Below are positions 26,156 through 32,000 of a stretch of DNA of 32,000 nt, piece by piece. The translations under genes were made by a program, and so were the position numbers. Below the pieces are notes generated by a model. That model saw only the letters and a program-made list of their open reading frames with translations. It was not told the origin of the DNA and did not search any database. Within the stretch, counting starts at the first letter, position 1. Each line of letters opens with the position of its first letter. Source of the stretch: Parasynechococcus marenigrum WH 8102 (GTDB taxonomy: Bacteria > Cyanobacteriota > Cyanobacteriia > PCC-6307 > Cyanobiaceae); contig NC_005070.1 in NCBI RefSeq assembly GCF_000195975.1, positions 1,200,001 to 1,232,000 of the forward strand. Reading direction: 5' to 3'.

Positions 26156-27025
26156 TCACGGATCTGTGGCCACCACCTTCATCAGTAATGCCTCAGGGCT
26201 ATGGGCTGCCAACCAGGTCCGATTGGACCGCTCGGTGCTCAGCAGATACCCCGCAAAACCAAGGGCGTTGACGCTGTAACCGTGAACCTCGTCACAGGAG
26301 CGTTTGACCAAGGTCATCCATCGTGTGCTGATCAAGAGGTTGTAGGGGTGAAGGGGTTTCTCATCCCGCTGGGGTGAGCCCAGGCCGCTTTGCTGACAAA
26401 GGTCGAGGTAGATCTCCAGAAGTGCTGACCCGGACCACGTCACTGGCAATGGCTTGATCTTGATGCTGCGTTCAAGGCTGTCCATGGGCCTTGAACAGGT
26501 CGCATTCAGAAGATGCTGCTGAAACCACTCTTCACGCGGACACAGCCGAACGCCCTTGGTCCGTGGCAAGAGCTGCAGATGTCGATGCGGTTGGCTGGCT
26601 CCCGCTTGGGGGCCGCTGTTGAAAAACCAAAGCCCACCGGTGTCCCGGTTCACCTGGCAGACCGCAGTCCAGTCAAGCAATGACAGCCACCCGACCTGGG
26701 GTTGCCAGCTCTGGCTGATCAACAGCATGTGGCCCAGTTGCACCGGATATTTGTTGAGGATGAGCACGTGCTCGTTACCGACGCGCGTCAGCTCGAGGCG
26801 CTGATCCCAGGGGCGGAAGGGGTTCGGTTTCGGACCGGCTTCCCTGAGGTGCCGGGGAGGGGCACCCACCAGGTGCCGAATCTCGAAGCCGCCGTCACCC
26901 GAACCGGCCCAGGTTTCGATATCGGTGCTCAATGGCCGAAGGGCGCCATTCTCGAGAGCCTCCTGGCTGTGTTGCAGTGCCAGTTTGTGCAGTCCCTCGG
27001 CGACCATCGCGACGGAATTGGTCAT
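26156..27025 (-). CDS. Ap4A phosphorylase II / ATP adenylyltransferase-like protein (GalT branch of the HIT superfamily)
   Basis: 289 aa. The nucleotidyl-transfer motif GASQPHRHLQLLP (H-x-H-x-Q) sits in the expected central position. ATG at 27025. Confidence 0.8.
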   Translation of the reverse strand: MTNSVAMVAEGLHKLALQHSQEALENGALRPLSTDIETWAGSGDGGFEIRHLVGAPPRHLREAGPKPNPFRPWDQRLELTRVGNEHVLILNKYPVQLGHMLLISQSWQPQVGWLSLLDWTAVCQVNRDTGGLWFFNSGPQAGASQPHRHLQLLPRTKGVRLCPREEWFQQHLLNATCSRPMDSLERSIKIKPLPVTWSGSALLEIYLDLCQQSGLGSPQRDEKPLHPYNLLISTRWMTLVKRSCDEVHGYSVNALGFAGYLLSTERSNRTWLAAHSPEALLMKVVATDP

Positions 27026-27097
27026 GGAGATCGCGGTGATCGTAGGCGGGAGCTTCGTTCTGTTCGCTAGACGTCATGGAGTGGAACTGTTCGATCG

Positions 27098-27826
27098 ATG
27101 ACGACCCTTGGCGGCAATGCTTGGACGGGTCTGGCCCTGGTTGTTGGCACTGGCGGAATTGGTTCAGCAATCACGGCGCGCTTGAAGCAGCAGTGCCCGG
27201 GCCTCAGGGTGATCACTGCTGGACGGCAAGGACCGCCCGTCCAAGAACTGTCTCTCGACCTTGAACGTGATGCTGATCTTGAAGCATTAACGGACTGTTT
27301 GCGCGCGGAGGCTGGTGACTTGCGGTTGGTGGTGAATGCCACGGGCCGATTGCATGGTCCGGGCCTTGTTCCTGAAAAGCGACTTCGACAGGTGGAGCGC
27401 AGCGCCCTGATGGAGCAGTTCACGATCAACGCCATTGCTCCGGTGTTGCTCGCTCGAGCGGTGGAACCGCTATTGGGACGAGATCGCCCCTTCCATTTCG
27501 CCAGCCTCAGTGCCCGCGTTGGCAGCATTGGCGATAACCGCAGTGGCGGTTGGTACAGCTACCGAGCAGCCAAGGCCGCCCAGAACCAGTTGCTTAAATC
27601 CCTCTCCATTGAATGGCGTCGTCGCTTGCCGCTCGCGACAGTGACGCTTCTGCATCCAGGTACGACGGACACAGCCCTGTCCAAACCATTCCAAACCTTC
27701 GTTCCACCTGAGAAGTTATTTACACCCCAACGGGCGGCACAGCAGCTTGTGGATGTGCTTCTCGCCCAGGGTCCGGAGGATTCAGGAGCGTTTCTGGCCT
27801 GGGACGGTCAACCGATCGATTGGTAA
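27098..27826 (+). CDS. Short-chain dehydrogenase/reductase (SDR) family oxidoreductase
   Basis: 242 aa. Cofactor motif is VVGTGGIGSA and the catalytic motif YSYRAAKAA (YxxxK) has an upstream Ser (ASLSARVGS). Confidence 0.88.
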   Translation: MTTLGGNAWTGLALVVGTGGIGSAITARLKQQCPGLRVITAGRQGPPVQELSLDLERDADLEALTDCLRAEAGDLRLVVNATGRLHGPGLVPEKRLRQVERSALMEQFTINAIAPVLLARAVEPLLGRDRPFHFASLSARVGSIGDNRSGGWYSYRAAKAAQNQLLKSLSIEWRRRLPLATVTLLHPGTTDTALSKPFQTFVPPEKLFTPQRAAQQLVDVLLAQGPEDSGAFLAWDGQPIDW

Positions 27827-28200
27827 GCGTGCTCCTTCAGCTGATCAAGACTCACCACGGACAGTGCGGTGTTTTCGGTCGCTTCGAGGGACACCAGGGG
27901 AGCCATGCCGTCGTCGTAGGCCTGCTTCCAACGCGGAGCACAAACGCACCAATGATCACCTGGCTTCAGTCCAGGGAACTGAAAGGCAGGGACGGGTGTT
28001 GACAGGTCGTTTCCCTGTGCCTTGCTGTATCGGAGAAAGGCTTCGGTCATGACGCAGCAGATGCTGTGCTGGCCGAGGTCGCTGGGATCGGTCTGGCAGG
28101 TCCCGTTTCGATACCAACCGGTCATCGGTGAGCAACCGCACACCTGCAGAGGCTTCCCGAGAACGTTGAGAGGGGCAGAAGGTGCTGTTGAGCTGGCCAT
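27808..28200 (-). CDS. DUF2237-family small Cys-rich protein
   Basis: Start at ATG 28200 (MASSTAPSAPLNVLGKPLQVCGCSPMTGWYRNGTC...HWCVCAPRW). The track's 28242 start is a GTG. It overlaps the SDR 3' end by 19 nt. The family call is from recall. Confidence 0.8.
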   Translation of the reverse strand: MASSTAPSAPLNVLGKPLQVCGCSPMTGWYRNGTCQTDPSDLGQHSICCVMTEAFLRYSKAQGNDLSTPVPAFQFPGLKPGDHWCVCAPRWKQAYDDGMAPLVSLEATENTALSVVSLDQLKEHAYQSIG

Positions 28201-28311
28201 CCGGACAGGAATCACAGGAGGAGTCTGCCGAAGGAGTGGCACATTTTGACGTCAGACAGTTGACGAACCCCTGGGGGAACGCGGTAAAGGTCATTCAGTC
28301 ATGTCCACTCG

Positions 28312-28542
28312 ATGGATTGGGAGTTCACGGAAGACGCTGCGTTCCTGGCGCTCTGCGATGCCTTTCGCGAGAGCGGTGAGAGCTCAGCGATTGAGTTCCT
28401 GGCCAACGGTGAAGGGGCCTTTCACTTCCAGGACCTGGCCCAGAACGCCGCCGGTGAAGGAATCGACCTCAGTGAGTCGAATGCTCTGGAGGAGTTCCAG
28501 CAGGAGGTGATCGACACCATGGAGAAGCTCTGTCAGGGGTGA
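28312..28542 (+). CDS. Small acidic hypothetical protein
   Basis: 76 aa (MDWEFTEDAAFLALCDAFRESGES...). Its composition is natural, unlike the Arg/Ser-rich alternative frame at 28301..28510. Confidence 0.6.
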   Translation: MDWEFTEDAAFLALCDAFRESGESSAIEFLANGEGAFHFQDLAQNAAGEGIDLSESNALEEFQQEVIDTMEKLCQG

Positions 28543-28576
28543 CCCCAACAGAGCCTGGGGCCGTTCAACTCCCGGA

Positions 28577-28849
28577 TCAGCCGAAGTAGAAGGCAATCTC
28601 CTTGTCCTTCAGACCGTCCCAACCGGCATCGAGCAGTCGTTGGTTCAGGCTTTCCCGGTCGAAGTGCTTCGCTCCGGTCTTCACCACCCGGTTGCGCATG
28701 GACTTGATCACGCCGCTGCGGGCGCGCTGGCTTTCCAGGTCCATGACTTCGTTGTAGAGGGCCAGCATGGGTGCTGGGATCGGGGAACCATCAAGATCAA
28801 CACCCGCCTTGATGGCGGCATCCACGCCATCGGGTCCGGCAATCGCCAT
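28577..28849 (-). CDS. Conserved-looking hypothetical protein (90 aa)
   Basis: MAIAGPDGVDAAIKAGVDLDGSPIPAPMLALYNEVMDLESQRARSG...GWDGLKDKEIAFYFG. It starts 26 nt downstream of the metH stop on the same strand. No family recognised. Confidence 0.6.
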   Translation of the reverse strand: MAIAGPDGVDAAIKAGVDLDGSPIPAPMLALYNEVMDLESQRARSGVIKSMRNRVVKTGAKHFDRESLNQRLLDAGWDGLKDKEIAFYFG

Positions 28850-28874
28850 GGTCTGCTGAAAAGGGCGACTCAGG

Positions 28875-31800
28875 TTATGCGCTGAAGTAGCGGGCCTTGC
28901 TGTGCAGCGCTACCAGTGCCGTCGTGCTCTGCTCGGGGGACAGCTGGTCGCTGGCATCCATCGACAGACCAATTCGGTCTGCTCCGAGCCAGGAGAGTTG
29001 CTGGCGTGAATCGGCCACGTTCGGGCAAGCGGGGTACCCAAAGGAGTAGCGACTGCCTCGGTAGCGCTGCGCCAAGACATCCCGCAGTGGCATGCCGTCC
29101 GGATCAGCAAAGCCAAGTTCGCGGCGGATGCGGGCGTGGACCCATTCCGCCATCGCTTCGGCCATCTGAACCGCCAGTCCGTGGAAGTACAGGTAATCGC
29201 TGTATTGATCGCCCTTGAACAGCTCCTGGGCTACCTCACTGGCCTTGTCTCCCATGGTCACCGCCTGCATCGGCAGGACATCGCCCGGACGACCGTCGGC
29301 TGTCATGTCCTGAAAGAAGTCAGCAATGCAGTAACGGTTGCCGGAGCGCTGGCGTGGAAGGTCGAAACGGCCAAGCTCAGTCTCTCCACTGGCATCAAAG
29401 ACCCTCAGGGCATTCCCATCGCGACCGACCGGGAAATATCCATAGGCCGCCCTTGGGGTGAGCAGCGATTCCTGAAGGCATCGATCCACCCACTGCTGCA
29501 GAACCGGTTCAGCCTTCTCTTTCAACATCGCGTCATACTCATCACGCGATTGCTGCTGGACTTTGCGCAATTGCCACTGTCCGGCAAACAGGGCGTTGCG
29601 ATCAAGAAAGCCGAACACCTCTTCAATGTCGACGTCTGCTTCAGTTATGACAACTGATCCCAAGAATGGGGCTGTGGGTGTTGGCTCCGCCGGCACGGCT
29701 TCGGATCGAACGGTCGTAACCGGGAGCTGAGGGGATGGTGCATCCTGCTGTGACTTCTCCTCAGCGGTGGAGCGTTCAACGGTCGACGATTCAGTCTCCT
29801 CATCGAGGCCTACACCGCTCGGGACATCGGTTATGAAGCCTTCAAGGTTGTTCCAGTTGTCATTGCCCTTGGCATCCATCAGGGCATCCATGAACCGAAG
29901 ATCAGCGAAGGCATCACGTCCGTAGATGACCTTCCCGTTGTAAACCTCGCGGCAATCCTTCTGAACAAATCGAGGTGTCAGGGCGGCACCGCCAAGGATG
30001 ACGGGAACATCAATGCCAGCGTCGTTAAACGCCTTGAGGTTGTCCTTCATGAATGCCGTGGACTTCACCAGCAGACCACTCATGGCAATGCAATCAGCCT
30101 GGTGTTCGTGCTGGGCTTCCACAATCGCTTCACAGCTTTGTTTGATTCCGAGATTGACCACCTCGTAGCCGTTGTTGGTGAGGATGATGTCCACTAGGTT
30201 CTTGCCGATGTCATGGACATCGCCCTTCACGGTGGCGATCAAGAACTTGCCCTTGCTCGTGCTTTCGCCTTCTGCTGTTTCCATATGAGGTTCCAAATAA
30301 GCCACAGCAGATTTCATCGTCTCGGCGCTTTGCAGTACGAAGGGGAGCTGCATCTGGCCGCTGCCGAACAATTCACCCACCACCTTCATGCCATCCAGTA
30401 GGAAGGTGTTGATGATCTGCAGAGGTGGATAGGCCTGCAGCGCCTCGTCGAGGGAGGGCTCTAGGCCGATGCGCTCTCCATCAATGATGTGCTGCTTGAG
30501 CCGTTCTTCAATCGGCAGATCGGCCAGCGAGGGGCCTGAAGCCCGGGCTTCCTTGGCGCTGACGCCCTCGAACAGCTTGGTGAGTTCGGTGAGCGGGTCG
30601 TAAACGCAGATTCCATCGTCGAAGCGACGGTTGTCGTTGATCAGATCACGGCACACCGTCTGGTGCTCTTCAGTGATCTTGATCAGCGGCAGAATTTTGG
30701 CAGGGCTGACGATGGCTGCATCCATGCCGGCTTCACAGCAGTCATGCAGGAAGACGGAGTTGAGCGTGATCCGTGCTGCTGGCGAGAGACCAAAACTGAC
30801 GTTGCTGACCCCCAGCACCACGTGAACCCCGGGGAGGTTTTCACGGATCATGCGAATGGAGTCGACAGTGGCCTTGCCATTGAGCCGGTCTTCCTCGATG
30901 CCGGTGGAAATCGGCAGCGCCAGTGGGTCGTAAAAGATTTCATGGGCCGGGATGCCGAACTCCAGGGCATCGCGATAGGCCCGCTGGGCGATGGCAAACT
31001 TTTTCTCAGCCGTGCGAGCCATGCCGTCTTCATCGATGGTTCCAACCACCACGCCAGCGCCGTAGCGACGCGCCAGCTCAAGCACCTTGAAGAAGCGTTC
31101 GTCCCCGTCCTCATAGTTGGTCGAGTTGAGGATGCACTTACCCCCAGCAACCTTGAGGCCAGCTTCCATTTTCTGCCACTCGGTGGAGTCGAGCATCAGT
31201 GGCAGGTTCACGTTGGTGACCAGACGGCTCACCAGCTGATGCATATCCTGCTCGCCATCGCGACCGACGTAGTCGACGTTGACGTCCAAAACGTGAGCGT
31301 TCTCCTTGACCTGACCCCGGGCCACGGACACCAGTCCGTCCCAGTCCTCTTCCGCCAGCAGTTCGCGCACCTTGCGGCTGCCACTGGCGTTGAGCCGTTC
31401 CCCGATGATCAGGAAGGAGTTGTCCTGTTGGTATGGGGTAACCCCGTAGATCGATGCCGCAGCCGGTTCGTAGTTGAGGGCCGGACGGACGTTCGCATCG
31501 GAGGCAGCATCGTGGCGTGAGCTGCGTAGGGCCGGTTTGAGTTCCGCCGCGAGCTCCGCCAGTGATCCGATGTGACTCGGGGTGGTGCCACAGCAACCAC
31601 CGATCACCTGCACGCCCAGATCTTCAACGAAGTGCATCAGCTGCATCTTCAGTTCCACTGGAGTGAGCCGGTAGTGGGCCACGCCACCCACGTTTTCGGG
31701 CAGACCGGCGTTGGGAATGCAGCTCACCGTGAACGGGGAGTGCTCTGAGAGGTAGCGGATGTGCTCCTTCATCTGCTCCGGACCGGTGGCGCAGTTGAGC

Positions 31801-32000
31801 CCGAGAATGTCGATCGGAAACGGCTCAAGAATCGACACCACGGCAGCGATGTCCGTGCCGACGAGCATCGTTCCGGTGGTTTCCATGGTCACTGACACCA
31901 TCAGCGCCCGCCGCTCACCGGAGGCTTCAAACGCTTCTTCAATGCCCTGCAGCGCGGCCTTGATCTGCAGCACGTCCTGGCAGGTCTCAACGATGAACAG
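28875..32000 (-). CDS. metH: Cobalamin-dependent methionine synthase (N-terminal ~170 aa lie beyond the window)
   Basis: The frame stays open to nt 32000 ([17 protein letters not shown]...). Hcy-domain Zn Cys pair is GGCCGTTP. A pterin-binding domain is present. B12 motif is [10 protein letters not shown] (DxHxxG). AdoMet-activation domain includes [10 protein letters not shown]. Confidence 0.95.
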   Translation of the reverse strand: MFIVETCQDVLQIKAALQGIEEAFEASGERRALMVSVTMETTGTMLVGTDIAAVVSILEPFPIDILGLNCATGPEQMKEHIRYLSEHSPFTVSCIPNAGLPENVGGVAHYRLTPVELKMQLMHFVEDLGVQVIGGCCGTTPSHIGSLAELAAELKPALRSSRHDAASDANVRPALNYEPAAASIYGVTPYQQDNSFLIIGERLNASGSRKVRELLAEEDWDGLVSVARGQVKENAHVLDVNVDYVGRDGEQDMHQLVSRLVTNVNLPLMLDSTEWQKMEAGLKVAGGKCILNSTNYEDGDERFFKVLELARRYGAGVVVGTIDEDGMARTAEKKFAIAQRAYRDALEFGIPAHEIFYDPLALPISTGIEEDRLNGKATVDSIRMIRENLPGVHVVLGVSNVSFGLSPAARITLNSVFLHDCCEAGMDAAIVSPAKILPLIKITEEHQTVCRDLINDNRRFDDGICVYDPLTELTKLFEGVSAKEARASGPSLADLPIEERLKQHIIDGERIGLEPSLDEALQAYPPLQIINTFLLDGMKVVGELFGSGQMQLPFVLQSAETMKSAVAYLEPHMETAEGESTSKGKFLIATVKGDVHDIGKNLVDIILTNNGYEVVNLGIKQSCEAIVEAQHEHQADCIAMSGLLVKSTAFMKDNLKAFNDAGIDVPVILGGAALTPRFVQKDCREVYNGKVIYGRDAFADLRFMDALMDAKGNDNWNNLEGFITDVPSGVGLDEETESSTVERSTAEEKSQQDAPSPQLPVTTVRSEAVPAEPTPTAPFLGSVVITEADVDIEEVFGFLDRNALFAGQWQLRKVQQQSRDEYDAMLKEKAEPVLQQWVDRCLQESLLTPRAAYGYFPVGRDGNALRVFDASGETELGRFDLPRQRSGNRYCIADFFQDMTADGRPGDVLPMQAVTMGDKASEVAQELFKGDQYSDYLYFHGLAVQMAEAMAEWVHARIRRELGFADPDGMPLRDVLAQRYRGSRYSFGYPACPNVADSRQQLSWLGADRIGLSMDASDQLSPEQSTTALVALHSKARYFSA

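Noticed and set aside
29668-29828. Acidic/Pro-rich ~55-aa linker in MetH between the B12-binding and AdoMet-activation domains ([15 protein letters not shown]...PAEPTPTAP).
   Set aside because: The projected total protein length (about 1200 aa) matches ordinary MetH. This is most likely a divergent interdomain linker rather than an insertion.
1-32000. Scan for CRISPR arrays, IS elements or transposases, integrases, restriction-modification or other defence genes, and rRNA.
   Set aside because: None seen. There are no spaced direct-repeat arrays and no ORF with transposase, integrase or nuclease signatures. All large ORFs are accounted for by housekeeping families.

Overview
This window looks like a chromosomal segment from a marine Synechococcus-type picocyanobacterium. 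Hand-counted GC is about 55-60% per 60-nt line. Supporting markers are apcD, a cemA/pxcA homologue, a Psb32/TPM-like gene, a possible CCB-type gene and a few HIP1 (GCGATCGC) copies. The window is densely packed with core housekeeping genes, many with start/stop overlaps: ftsH (5'-truncated), a UPF0182 membrane protein, 2-Cys peroxiredoxin, one tRNA(CAU), an M23/LysM peptidase, trmL, cobU, pxcA, metG, an RNase II/R-family enzyme, rpsR, rpmG, pheT, rlmD, apcD and metH (truncated at the window edge). I found no rRNA, CRISPR array, transposase or recognisable defence or toxin genes. The one region the gene models do not explain is the 587-bp spacer between the convergent apcD and J-domain genes (21944..22530). 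It is AT-shifted, carries repeated hairpin modules and a locally enriched GTCTCA/TGAGAC motif, and contains two coupled mini-ORFs. The second place worth a look is the co-directional minus-strand block 27025..22531: an Ap4A-phosphorylase-like HIT enzyme, a small sigma factor, a secreted protein of unknown function and an RHH-plus-J-domain protein. A tandem bipartite repeat sits in that block's internal promoter region. All family assignments come from motif recognition and recall, because no searches could be run.
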